In this document: piece by piece, positions 26,294 to 39,879 of the stretch
How positions within the stretch are numbered: position 1 is the first letter of the stretch
Layout: each line of letters starts with the position of its first letter
Position numbers and translations under genes: made by a program
DNA from: Octopus vulgaris
Lineage: Eukaryota
Direction of reading: 5' to 3'
DNA: 64,000 bases
Assembly: GCA_951406725.2 (NCBI GenBank)
Contig: OX597826.1
Span: 4,526,001 to 4,590,000 of the forward strand
Notes under the pieces: generated by a model
Databases searched by the model: none
The model's input: only the letters and a program-made list of their open reading frames with translations
Told to the model about the DNA's origin: nothing

Positions 26294-27269
26294 ATTATTG
26301 TTATTGTTATTTATTAATATGTCATCTCATTATTCCTATATACTACAGTATTGCAATAAATTGTTATTATATAACTATGTGTGCGCCTTGCTTCACTATA
26401 TATTTAGGATATATTATATTTACATATTGATAAATTATATCCATATATCTCTACACACCGGAATACATTATTTATTACATGTAAATATAAATCACATTAT
26501 TAACATATCTTATGTTATTGCATTCAACTTTTTGACTTCTTCTTCTCTTGATATTTGAAGGAGCAATATTTCCAAAATGCCAGAATAAATTTGGAGATTA
26601 GTACTAGTATTTAGATTTGCTTCGTGATATACTTGCTTTTCTTGTCATTATAATAACGATTTATTTAAATCAAGCTCTTGTATAATAGATTGTGAAGGGA
26701 TTTTTTTCAGTTCTCACATCTACGTATTTTTACAATATTTCTTCTTCCTCTTGTTAAATACTTCCCTAATACACTTTTACACAGTTACTCACACACTCGT
26801 TTACCCGAGAATCTGAATTCCATAATTTAAGTTTCGATGATGAATTAAAAATGATTTTTACATCCTTAGCTATCTCTCTATATAATAGCCATTTATATTC
26901 ATTATTTTTCATTAACTGATTCGGCAAACTGCGGTCATGATTTGCAGTATTTGTCCATGATTTTTTAATTGTGAATTTAAATTATGGTGAGGCCAATTTC
27001 ATCAGTGAAAGAGTGATTTCATAAAATATTAGTCAAATACTGGGTTTGATTTAATGAGCTTGAAATTTCCACTGAACAAAAACGTAATTGCTACTTTGTG
27101 ACCTTCTACAAATGGTAAAATCATTCACAATCTGACTGTCGAACCGGGCTTCAGTTTTCATTTGACAGATATTTAAAAGTACGCCATTTTGGTGTGAAAT
27201 TTTTCCAAGTATTTAATCATGCTACCTACTATTTCACGATATACGAATCACACACACATACATATACAC

Positions 27270-27349
<80 letters not shown>

Positions 27350-27354
27350 GTATA

Positions 27355-27527
27355 CATATATACGACGGGCTTCTTTCAGTTTCTGTCTACCAAATCCACT
27401 CACAAGGCTTTGGTCGGCCCGAGGCTATAGTAGAAGACACTTGCCCAAAGTGCCACGCAGTGGGACTGAACCTGGAACCATATGGTTCGTAAGCAAGCTA
27501 CGTACCACACACCCAATCCCACGCCTA
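27355..27527 (-). mobile_element. SINE family B, 5' half ending in the internal microsatellite
   Basis: Matches 26135-26293. Confidence 0.9.
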
Positions 27528-27552
27528 TACTGAACCCGGAACCTTGTGATTC

Positions 27553-27597
<45 letters not shown>

Positions 27598-29523
27598 TAC
27601 ACACACATACACAAAAAGTAAGACCCTTGGTTCGAGTTCACTGCATAGCATGAGAGGATAAAAACTGCAGGGGCTTGTAAGATGGATTATACTAGTAATT
27701 CGTATATTCAGCATTGTCACATCAAGTAACAACACTGAATCTGTGTGACTGCTTTTCAGTTAGCAGTACACATAAATAGATGATTTAAGAGAATACTTAT
27801 CGTCGTAGCTGACGGAGATCCTTCCTGTGCGCGCGCTCAGGGGAGGTTTTCTGTGATTCACCAAATTCAGAAGTTACCTTGGTTTATAGCTTCCTCAGAT
27901 TTATTTGATTATTTATTTTCTGTTTTGGATTTGTTTCGATTATATTGTATTGCTTTTTCCACTCCTTAAATAACTTCAGCATCGAGGGACGGACGTAGGG
28001 AAGAGACGCAGAATGGGGAGAGAAACAAACGGGTAGAAGCAAACAAAAAACTGCAAACAAACCAAAGCAAAACAAAACAATAAAGGAAAACATTGAAACA
28101 GTTCGAGAGAGCTGGCGACGAGCAAGGGAGATGAGCTGAGAGGTTAGAAAGGGGGAGATAATCAAATAACGCATTTTGTTTGCTTGCGTTGCTTGCTCAA
28201 TACAAAGAACACTTCAAAACCACACACACACACGCACGCACGCACACAGGCACACACAGCCACATTTTTTTTTTCTCTCTTTCCACCCATTAACTCTCGT
28301 GGGACCGGCTGCTTCTCCAGCATGTCCATATATCAAAAGGTATTACAGAAGAAACAGGGAAACATTTCAACTACCCCTGAATGGCTTTTGGCGGGTGGCG
28401 TTTCTGAAGAGGCACTCATAGACAGCGCATTATTTCCAATATCTAGACAACATTTACATTTACACATGTGTTAACCTGGCTGCATAAAAGCGAGAGCATG
28501 AAATATTTGGGCGAGAAACTTTTGAGTGGTGAGAGAAGGGAAAAAAAATGAAGATATAAAAATTGAAAATAAAAATGGCAAAAGTATAAATATATAGAAT
28601 AAAAATCAATGTGTTGGTAAGGAAATGTGACGTAAAATAGGACGGTTTTGTTCCTTTTTTTGTCAAACCTTGAAAAGGAAGAGTGAAAGACAAATGGTAA
28701 GGCATGAAGTATAAAGGGTTCGTGTAATAAATGGTTACGTAATCATAGTGAGTGGGAATATGGAGCGTGGGTGGCGGTTGTATATACAGATAGAAGAGCA
28801 ATGATCCGCAGGAAAATTCGCGAAGGCACACACACACACACACACACACTCACACACACATATATGTACTCACATTCTTATAATACATATTTGTTCACAG
28901 ATATATATATATATATATATGTGTATGTGTGTGTGTGTGTGTATATATATATATTCATAAGCACGCACGCGCATATACAATCATATATATTATGTATGTA
29001 CATAAATATGCGTACATATAAGCTTGATGTGTATGTATATATTTTATATATGTATAGGTAGATATGTGCATGCATTTATTTAGGATCAGCGTGTGCAGTG
29101 TATATATATATGCGCTTGTGTGTGTATGCATTTAACAGCTGTGTGTATATATATATGTATATAGTGTGTGTGTGTGTGTAATGTTATCCAACTTTAAATG
29201 TGCTTATAAAGGATATTTAACCCCCGTTATCAACATCTGCGAAACCTCTTTGCGTTTAGGAATCAATTTTATCATCATGATCACTAACAGCCCCAATACT
29301 TCTCTTACTTCCACCACCATAACAACAACAAAATCTATCGAAACAACAACAGAAGGGAGGCCCACATTGATACCAGAGCCACCATAACTATCACCCGAAA
29401 TTATACCAGAAAATAGGATCCTTGTATCAGCATCCTTTAGAGGGCATCAAAACAACCATCTCTATCGTTATTGACAATGGATTTCAACGCACAATCTCAT
29501 AAGCGCACCGACATTTAAGCACA

Positions 29524-29545
29524 TATGTATGTATATGTATGTATG

Positions 29546-29577
<32 letters not shown>

Positions 29578-29599
29578 TGTATGTATGTATGTATGTATG

Positions 29600-29642
<43 letters not shown>

Positions 29643-29649
29643 TTATCTA

Positions 29650-29688
<39 letters not shown>
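29524..29688. repeat. Compound (TATG)n(TATC)n(TA)n microsatellite
   Basis: Direct inspection. Confidence 0.95.
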
Positions 29689-29691
<3 letters not shown>

Positions 29692-30409
29692 CATTATCTT
29701 TTACGTGGGTTCGATATGAATTCACCATTATAGCTCGAGTGTTTGTTTTGATCACACACACACACACACACACACTGACACATTCGTTTTTGTTTTTCCA
29801 AATAGCTGTAAAATCCTTATGATATATATACATATACATACACATATATATATGTATGTATGTATATATGTATATATATATGTGTGTGTGTGATAGAGAA
29901 GTGATTGTAGTCAACTGCACACCACTTTGTTATCAGTGATGCATTATGCAAGCACGAGATGCACGACTAGCGTGCACAACATACAATAAATACTCAAATA
30001 AATACACAAACATGGACATAATAAAGCTGACTCTATTTAACATATGACGTTCCTGTCAACAAATAAATGGCCGATACGTTGTCAAGATAAATATTGAAAA
30101 GTCAGATGTGCAACGGATCAGAGAGAAAGCCGTGACACAAATGAAACAACACAAAGAAATAAATAAAATTTGATAGCCTTCCAATGTTGTCGTTCGTGTT
30201 GTTAAACGTTGTGGTTGTTGTTGTTGTTGCTGTTGTTTTTGTTGTTGTTACTGCTGCAAATGGTTTTATGGAAGAGAGAGATAGAGAGAGAGTATGGGGT
30301 GTGAGAGTGTAGGAAGGTGAGAGAAAGAATTTATGAAATATTGAGGTGTGAAAGATTTGATATATTTGCTAATCATTAAACCTCGCTAGAATGAACCAAC
30401 TCCTACGCT

Positions 30410-30470
30410 GTTTTCCTTCATGCCTCTTTTCTTCTTTCTCACCATCTCTCTCCCTCTATCTCTCTCCCTC

Positions 30471-30505
<35 letters not shown>

Positions 30506-30822
30506 GCGCACCTATCTATCTGTCTTTCCATCTCCCCATCTATCTCTGTTTATTTCCAATCCTACGTTCAGTCTCTTCCTTTCAATCTCTCAGCCTCTCT
30601 CCTATTTCACTTATAGCTTTTCTCTCTGTTACTATGTGGCTTTATATTTTTCTCCCTCTCCCTCCCACCCCATCTCTCTCCCTCACTCTCTCATTCTATG
30701 TTTACCATTCTTTCTAACAACATTCTCAGTTTTTCATTCATTTATTCAATTATTTTTTTATGCCTGTTTCATTCCCATCCCCCATCCTTTCTCTCTCTCT
30801 CTCTCTCCTTTCTTTCTTCCTT
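30410..30822. repeat. Pyrimidine-rich (CT) low-complexity tract
   Basis: Direct inspection; similar tracts at 36660-37290 and 41050-41320. Confidence 0.8.
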
Positions 30823-31079
30823 CATGGAACTATGCAATCTATACATACCAGTCATGATCTGTTGTCGATTCAATCTTCCATACTTCCTGTCCTAAATATT
30901 TTAACGCATTGTTCAAATATATAGAATCGTCATCGCCATCATCGCCGACAAATAATCATTGTTGTTGGTTTGTTAGTTTTATCGCATCACCAAAGAGCTT
31001 GGTCCTTGGATTCATTAGCCTCGCATATTTAATTTCATGAACGCCTACGTTAATTTCATGTGGACTTCAAGCGAGTATC

Positions 31080-31503
<424 letters not shown>

Positions 31504-31616
31504 GTATTTTCAATTTGTTTTTATTTCATATCCTTACCAATAATTATTTTTTCGTAGTTCTGACGTCTCTGTAGCATATGGACGATGGTGTTCATCTTAT
31601 TAAACAGATAAATAAG

Positions 31617-31671
<55 letters not shown>

Positions 31672-32049
31672 ATGGTATTGTTTTGCTGACTTGCAGTTGT
31701 TATACGGTTGGATACACTACGTCCTATTTCTGCAGTTGTGAAAAATCAAGTATACTCTATATTGAAATGTTTAAAGATCAATAAGAAATATCGTGCAAAT
31801 CTGTAAAAATAATAATACAGAATGATATTTATTGCTCGACCCCAGATGAATGAAAGGTAAATTCCACTCTTTGCAAGCTTCGGACTTTTTCACCAGACGT
31901 TAAAATTTTGATTAGATAAAGCATGGCCTGAATATTTAAGAAGTTCGTTTAAAAACCAGGAGCTCCCGAGCTTGATACATCTTGGTAAAATATCATTTTC
32001 TGTAGCCTCGAATCGGCTTAAACATAGTAATTGAAATTATGCTGGCAAA

Positions 32050-32225
32050 ATCTGTAATTGAAACCCGCTGGGTAGGTTGTTCTTGCAATTCAAAGGGTAC
32101 AGCCGTGTCACACCAATTCTGTCTGAGGATTACATTAATAGCAAACATGTCTGGAATGCTCATTCGCTTATACGTTAATTTAAGAGCAGAAAATTTGGTT
32201 GAGTAACCAACTGACTCCTCATTGC
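32050..32225 (+). mobile_element. Old interspersed repeat (family E fragment)
   Basis: Degenerate similarity to about 54100-54238 and 61320-61415 (..GTCTGTGAAATACT.., ACGTTAATTT). Confidence 0.4.
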
Positions 32226-33963
32226 TTAAACAGATTTAGAACCAACCGCAACATCTTTAAAAAAGCTAGGTAGCTCAAACAAATAGCAATGTCTCTTGTT
32301 TATAGAAGGCATATGATGTCTCTTTGTATTTGCGTGTATGTGCGCCCGAGTGGGAAACAGACAGGCAAATAGACAGTGTATAGGGGCGGGGTGATTTGTT
32401 CGAGGGAATGAACGAGGCACAATGACACAATCAAGACAAAGTTATTGTTGTTTTGACTCTGGACAGTTTTGATCGAACTGATTTGTGTCTAAAGATATTC
32501 TATTCCAATCAAACTGCAAACTGAAACACATTATCCAGAGTGCTCTAAAACATCAAGATTCCATTTTGGGAAAGAATTGGTCGCTATTTCTACCAAGTCA
32601 AATGACGTATTCAGTGTAAGCTCAGCAAATTACTTATTGCTGGCAAAAACACAGAATTTTCTTTTGCAGCCACCATGTACTACCAGTTGATCTACCAAAT
32701 ATTCTAACACGATTGGATAGTCCAATTTACATATCAAGCGCATTCCTCACAACTGGAACGTATATATTAATTGCTGACTAAGATACTCTGTTCAAACAAT
32801 TGTGTTACACCACTACACTTAGTAGGCATTTAAGCAGTGTGATACTGAATAGCTGATGGGTTTGCTGTGGTACTGATGAAAGAGCAATTACTCTTGAAAT
32901 ATGCATATACACATATTCCCTGTTTTTTCTACCTTCGATCGCATTATTTACATAAAAAGTATTCCTTCGTGAAACGTAACTTGCTGTGCTGACTTTGAAT
33001 TCTAAGGGAAATATTTTGAGAGAAACTCCGAAATTCAGCGAAATACTATATCTCTTTGTCTAAAATATCTCACGGTATTCAATTTTACTGTTTTACGTTT
33101 TGAGTTCAAATCTGACTTGATTTAACATCTTTGGTTTTAGGTTGCTTTTTTTAAAAATTATTTTCCAGCCGTCTCTGAATCATTTGGATTAAATAACAGT
33201 CATTATATATTGCAGTCGTTTCATTCGACATTACTATTAGCATTAATATTAGTATTATCAATGCTGCTTAAACGGATGACTAGTAGGGTTTAGTTTCTCT
33301 AGGGCCACATTCTTTATAAAGCAAACAAAAAAGAAATGTGTTTGCTAATTCCTTTCAGGTCTTCATTTAACTGCAATTAAGCCTCACACGCTTTTTCTAA
33401 AATAAAAATTAAAATATATATAAAAATTTAAACAATTATTTTTCTTCCTAATTTATTTATGAGAAAGTCATTGCGAGTGAGAGGTGTCAAATGTCTCAAC
33501 CCTTGAGACACATCCAAGTATTTAGCATAAAACCGTATAGGCCTTTGTTTTTCTTCTTTTTTTGACTGAGTTTATTTCTGCACTATTTCTCCATAACTAA
33601 CCAACTCGCATGCTATTCCATGTAGTGTCGTGCGTGTAATGTAAGTTTGTGTTACATCCAAACATATTGTAGGACTTGTACGTGCCTGTGAGTTTGTGTG
33701 TGTGTATGTGTGAAAGAGAGAGAGAGGGGGAGTGGGAGGAAGAGTGTGTATTATTCCATTGTATGGGATTTTAACTAAAATGACATTTAAATGCCCCCAT
33801 AAAATACGCATTTACACGTAAAAGAAAAAATAGATTACGTGGTGCTTGTTGTCCAAACGCTCGATACATGTCCCATAGGAATCCTGCAGATATCATGACA
33901 CCCGTATAATTTGCTGAGGTCTTTCCATATAATAACAATAATAATAATAATAATAACAATAAC

Positions 33964-33998
<35 letters not shown>

Positions 33999-34051
33999 TG
34001 CTTAAAAATAAATAATTAAATGACTAAAACAAAGATATAAATATATATATA

Positions 34052-34096
<45 letters not shown>

Positions 34097-34169
34097 GTAT
34101 ATATGTATGTATATGTAGAAATTGGCGTTTGTCCTCTTGTCTCTTCTCCCGCTGTTCAGGGGGAAGTTG

Positions 34170-34414
34170 GTGGTTTGGTGGTCGCGTTTGTTAATACCGG
34201 TACTGCAATAAGAGCTGTGGTGGTTGTTGTGATTGTTGCTAGAGTTTTAAATGTGATGATGGTGATGTTTGTTGTTGGTTGTTGTAATGGTGGTTTGTGT
34301 TACCAGAAATGTTCAATGCTGTCAATGTAGCTTTTATTGTTGTTGTTGTTGGCATGTTGTCATGTTGGCAGTTGCAATAAATGGTAAGTGGAGAAGGTAG
34401 TGGTTGTGATGGTG

Positions 34415-34446
<32 letters not shown>

Positions 34447-34959
34447 GGTGGGGAGCTCTGCTCTAGATGAGGTGTTGAGTTTGTGGCTGGTGTTCTAGTT
34501 TATGGTGGTGAAGGTATAGGTGGTGGTAGTGGTGGTGGCTGTGGTGGTGGTGCTGGTGGTGCTGGTGGTGGTGACGGTGGAGGTTGTGACGACAATAGTC
34601 ATGGTGATTTTTTTTTCGATGGCGATAGGTTATGATGGCGGGGGTGGAAGAATGCTCATAGTGATGTCCGTGGTAATGATGTAAGTGTCGATGGTGACGG
34701 TGGTGGTGGTGGTGGTGGTGGTGCTGCAGCTGGCAACGCTGTCAACGGTGTTTGCGTTGATGATGATTGGGATGACACTGATACTGGTGATGATGGAGTT
34801 GTGATGTAGTTGGTGTTGATGGTGGGGGTGGAGATAGTAGTAATAATGTCTTTATTATGGCATTGTGTACCAAGACGGACGGTGGTGTTATGCGATTGCT
34901 GAACTATCGTGATGGTGTGAAGTTAGTGTGGTGGCGATGAGGTACCGGTGGTTTTGACG

Positions 34960-34960
<1 letters not shown>
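34170..34960. repeat. (GGT)/(GTT)-derived low-complexity region
   Basis: Direct inspection. Confidence 0.75.
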
Positions 34961-34990
<30 letters not shown>

Positions 34991-35069
34991 CATTATACTT
35001 ATCATTATTATTATTATCATCATCATCATCATCATTATTATTAATATTATCATCATCATCATAATTATT

Positions 35070-35138
<69 letters not shown>

Positions 35139-35160
35139 GTTGTTGTTGTTGTTGTTGTTG
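34961..35160. repeat. Compound (ATT)/(ATC)/(GTT) trinucleotide array
   Basis: Direct inspection. Confidence 0.95.
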
Positions 35161-35410
35161 TGGAGGTGCGTGGCTTAGTGGTTAGGGTGTCAGCATCATG
35201 ATCGTAAGATTGTGGTTTCGATTCCTGGACCGGGCGACACGTTGTGTTCTTGAGCAAAACACTTCATTTCACGTTGCTCCAGTCCACTCAGCCAGCAAAA
35301 ATAAGTAAATGCTGCGATGAACTGGTGTCCCGTCCAGCTGGGATACACATACGCCATTGAAACCGGGAAACCGGGCCCATGAGCCTAGCTAGGCTTTAAA
35401 AAGGGCGCGT
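35160..35410 (+). mobile_element. tRNA-derived SINE family A2 (CORE-like middle), full length
   Basis: Head GTGGAGGTGCGTGGCTTAGTGGTTAGGGTG with B-box GGTTTCGATTCC. The middle TGTGTTCTTGAGCAAAACACTT resembles the CORE domain. The 3' half is nearly the same as 3793-3886. Confidence 0.9.
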
Positions 35411-36300
35411 TTATTATTATTATCCAGCATATTAAAGATTCTTCCATGTCGACACCTGAAGGAACTGTGACTATATCGATCAACACTGATTACTCTACGA
35501 TTGATATAATCGACTGTTGGCTTTCTCCACACTGAGTCCTTGTGCCTATGCAAGAAAATGATATTAACTGTATGTAATAGAAGTGCAATGTCTTAATACT
35601 TTTGGAAGTAAAAATACCAAACTAATGATTCTATGCTTCTATCTACAGTTTAACTTCATTATTTCGGAAGTTAACCTTATAAAATTACTGCAGGTACAGT
35701 TCATGCATTTACAGCAGTATTGTTCCTTGTTTCTACACTCTCTTTTCGCTTTCTGCATTTTTATAATTACCGGTTTCCAACGTTGTATCGTTAGCAAATC
35801 TTCATTAGTATTAAAACAATTGTAAAATTGCCATCAGGTTGCAAGCATTACCCTTTGCAGTCAGTAAACCATTTTGAGATAATAGTAGTTGAACTGAAGT
35901 GGTGGTAGCGGTGGTAGTGGTGGTGGTAATGATGGCGTTGTTGGAAAGAGATATGACTGAAGTTGGGGGTTTCTCGTTAATTAATTAGGCTACATCTGTC
36001 TTGGAGTACTTCTCACCCACTATTTTCCCCCCACTTCTCGCTAACCGAACTAACTAATTAGTGATAGGGAAATGTATTGATACAAGGAATTCTGCCACGG
36101 GCTGAGATTGAACCTAGTGTCCTTTTGTTCAGGAAAACAGAGTCCCACACTTTCACTACCCTTAATTGCGAAGATGTTCCACAACCCTCAACGAGAGGTG
36201 AAAGTAAGGTTTTAGGCCAAATTTTACGTGCCGGGAAACTGAAAGAAATTGAAAAACGACACAAAATAAAATGCGAAGATAACTAACATATTCCAACCCA

Positions 36301-36552
36301 TTCTTCTTCTTCTTCTCTTTCTTCTTCTTCTTCTTCTTCTTCTTTTTCTTTTTCTTCTTCTTCTTCTTCTTCTTCTTCTTCTTCTTCTTCTTCTTCTTCT
36401 TCTTCTTCTCCTTCTTCTTTTTCTCCTCCTTCTTCTCCTTCTTCTTCTCCTTCTTCTTCCTCTTCTTCTAGTTCTTCTTCTTCCTCTTCTTGTTCTTGTT
36501 CTTCTCCTTATTGTTCTTCTTCTTCTCCTTCTCCTCCTCCGTTCCTCCCTCT
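36301..36552. repeat. (CTT)n imperfect microsatellite
   Basis: Direct inspection. Confidence 0.95.
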
Positions 36553-37798
36553 TGTACTTTTCAAACGCCTTCTTATTCATCCCTTTCTCCCTTTTATACC
36601 AACAAACTCTGATGCTTTCTTTTTCAGTCAGTTTCTACTCCATCACAACTTCATTCATTCTTTGAGTCTTTATTTTCATTCCTTCACATCTCTTCCCTCA
36701 GTCTTTCATCGTCTTTCTACACTACACACTCATACTCTCTCTCTCTCTTTCTTTCTCTCTCTTTCGCTCTCTCTCTTTCTCTCTCTCTATCTCTCTCTCA
36801 TTCTTTCAACTTTTTCCTTCTCCACTCTCATTCTGTCGTATCTTCCTTTCTCTTTGTCATTCTCTTTCTCCTCATACACAGATGCTGACACATACTACCT
36901 GTTTTTCTACCTTCACCCACCCCACCCTCTCTCTCTCTATCTCTCTCCCTCTCCCTCTCCCTATCTCTCTCTCTCTCTCTCTCTCTGATCACTTTATGTA
37001 CACAGATTCACTCTCTCTCTCTTTCTCTCAGGCAAACCATTTACTCAAGCACACTCTCCCTCCCCACTTCCCATCCTATTACGTTCACATTCTCACACCT
37101 ACACACTTCACCTTTCATTTTGTGACCCCACTCTTCCTCCTCTCTCTCTCTCTCACCCTCTCTCTCTCTCCCTCTCTCTCTCTCTCTCTAACGTTCCCGT
37201 ATTTACATTTCTTCTGTGCATCTCTATATGTCTCCTTCTCAACATCTGAACCCCTTTTCTTACTCCTTTTCCTCTGCCCTCTCTCCAATGATCAATCCAT
37301 TAAATCATTATTGAGTGCCATAAATGGCCGAGTGGATATTTTGCCACAAGGTCCAATCCCACACAACGTAATTCTTGCCTAATCTTACAACACCATTCTG
37401 TTATGCTGTTGGTCAAGACACTTAACACTCCTTACCCTCCAGCATCTTACCTAATTAACAATTCATTCTCATTACTGTTTTTGTTAATATTATTGTTTTC
37501 CTTCCTTTTGTTTTTGGTTATTCTATTGCTCTTATTCATACTATAGTTACCCATGAAGCGCGAGTTCGTATCCCGATGCAATATCGGTTATATTTTACTG
37601 CCTTGGCTGACAAACGAATACAAAAGTTTACTACTACTACTACTACTACTACTACTTACTACTGCTGCCGCCGCTGCTGTTCTCTGTTACATTCAGTTTT
37701 AAATCAATGGCAGCAAGAACTATCATCTTCATCAGGTTTATCAAAATTTCCCTCGGTTTCGCTCCATTGTCAAAGTTATCAATAACAATAACAATAAT

Positions 37799-38011
37799 CT
37801 TTTCTACTACAGGCACAAAACCTGAAATATATGAGGAGGGGGAGGAGCTGGTTACATTGACTTCAATACGCAACTGGTACTTATTTTATCGACCCTGAAA
37901 AGAGGAAAGGCTAAGTCAACCTCGGCGGAATATGAACTTAGAACGTGAAGACGGACGAAATATCGCTAAACATTTCGCCCCGCGTGCTAATGATTCTGCC
38001 AGCTCGCTGCC

Positions 38012-38013
<2 letters not shown>
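37799..38013 (-). mobile_element. SINE family C, full-length monomer (tail 1)
   Basis: Minus-strand head AAGGCAGCGAGCTGGCAGAATCATTAGCACGC; core and tail match the other copies. It sits among (AAT)-type repeats. Confidence 0.92.
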
Positions 38014-38059
<46 letters not shown>

Positions 38060-38210
38060 GTTTCTTATTTGAACAGAAGACCAGCAATTTGAGGGGATGC
38101 GATCAGTTGATAGAATAGATCCTTGTACTTGATCGGTACTTTCTTTTACCAACGTCGGAAAGATGACGACCAAAAGTGACATAGGCAGTATTTGAACTCA
38201 GAACGTTAAG
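38060..38210 (-). mobile_element. Decayed SINE family C fragment
   Basis: AATTTGAGGGGA..GGTACTT..GAAAGATGA..AAAGT..ATTTGAACTCAGAACGT. Confidence 0.7.
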
Positions 38211-38215
38211 TGATG

Positions 38216-38270
<55 letters not shown>

Positions 38271-38295
38271 TATCATTATTATTATTATTATTATT

Positions 38296-38481
38296 ACACC
38301 GGGCAAAATGCTTAGCGGTGTTTCGTCCGTCTTTACGTTCTGAGTTCAAGTTCCACCGAGGTCGACTTTGCCTTTCATCCTTTTGGGGTCAATAAATTAT
38401 GTACCAGTAAAACACTGGGTCGATGTAATAGACTAGCCCCCTCCCCCAAATTTCAGGCCTTGTACCTATAGTAGAAAGGAT
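38296..38481 (+). mobile_element. SINE family C, sense copy, slightly 5'-truncated
   Basis: ACGTTCTGAGTTCAAGTTCCACCGAGGTCGACTTTGCCTTTCATCC...GGCCTTGTACCTATAGTAGAAAGG followed by an (ATT)n tail. Confidence 0.92.
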
Positions 38482-38734
38482 TATTATTATTATTATTGCT
38501 TTTATGTACAAGGTCATAATGTCTAACATTTATGGAATGTCTACAGTTGATAAAATCGACCCCAATACGAGTGTATAAATGTGAGGGGGGGAGTTTATCA
38601 AGGATATTATGACTTAAGAGGAATGGAATTGGACTTATTTCGCGCACTTGCTTTCCCCAAATTCATTAGTGACCAATAACATTGTTTCTTCCTTTTTAAC
38701 ACAAGACAAAGCAAACCTAAAATGATTATTAAAT

Positions 38735-38900
38735 AAAGGCACAAGGCCAAATATTTTATGGTCTTTAGGTTTAGACGACTCGTTCGATTCCACTATTAGA
38801 GAGGTTCTTTGTATAACCACTCTCGGATAAACTAGAAAAATTAAATGTAATGTCGATCTCGACGAGTTTTGAACTCAGAGCTTTAAACGCTCTAGCATAA
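38735..38900 (-). mobile_element. Old SINE family C fragment
   Basis: AGGCACAAGGCCAAATATTT at one end and GTCGATCTCGACGAGTTTTGAACTCAGA at the other. Confidence 0.55.
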
Positions 38901-39879
38901 TACCACAAAACATATTTATTTAATCCGTCTCCTTACCGACCCTGTTAAGCTACCATCTTTATGTGAAAGTAAACTCAAATAAATTACATTTGAATCCAGA
39001 CGCGTATGAGGGCAAGGGTGGTTAAATCACATTGCTTTGTTTATTTCCGTTGTTTTCTTTCAAAGCTCCATCAAATTTGTCGCTATATCCTTTGACAAGG
39101 AACAAAACCAAATATTTGTAATCGATTAAATATAATTGTCCATTAAGTCATTTGCTGCTAAAATTACTGGTATGTGTTTTATTATCAAACTCTAGACTAG
39201 ATGAGAGAGTGAATGATGAAAACCAAATAAAAACAGACCTAATATTTTCCTATACGGTATTTGAATATGAAACCGTCTATAAAAATAGATAAATATCTAA
39301 ATAAAATAACTAAAAAAAAGCAAGACATGAAAAAGACAATAATGACAGCAACTGATATAGGCGCTCAGATGTGACCCAGACAACTTAATGTACACAAATT
39401 ATGGAGCATATCAAGTATCAAAGACATCAGATTATAAACATAGGTTAAATATTTATTCATCGCGCGATCTAGTGAAATTCATGGAGTCAATTACGTATAT
39501 GTTTTTTACATTATTGTTCGTATCCATCAATGGGTGTGTTATGAATTGTGTTCATGAAGAATCAGTGTTGTTCAGGCGTTCATACCTTTCCTTAAAGTTA
39601 TTCACAATATAAAAGGCGGAAGATAATAAACATAGTTCAAATGTTTATCAGAAGCTGTTGTGGTATATTCATTCAAAGGATGAGAGAATCGGCTGATAGT
39701 GGTGGGATTTCTGGTTACTTTGTGGTTGATTTTTTTATCTGCTAAATGCCAAATAATACAAACAATTACAGCAGGACTTACAATAAGGGTCGTAGTTTCT
39801 GTTTTCTAACAGCTTATCTTCCTTACCATCAACTCTACGACACAGGGGAAAGACAACAAAGAACAATGCTTTACAGCAC

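Noticed and set aside
36077-36286. Non-repetitive 69-aa ORF
   Set aside because: Non-ATG start, no recognisable homology and no convincing splice signals.
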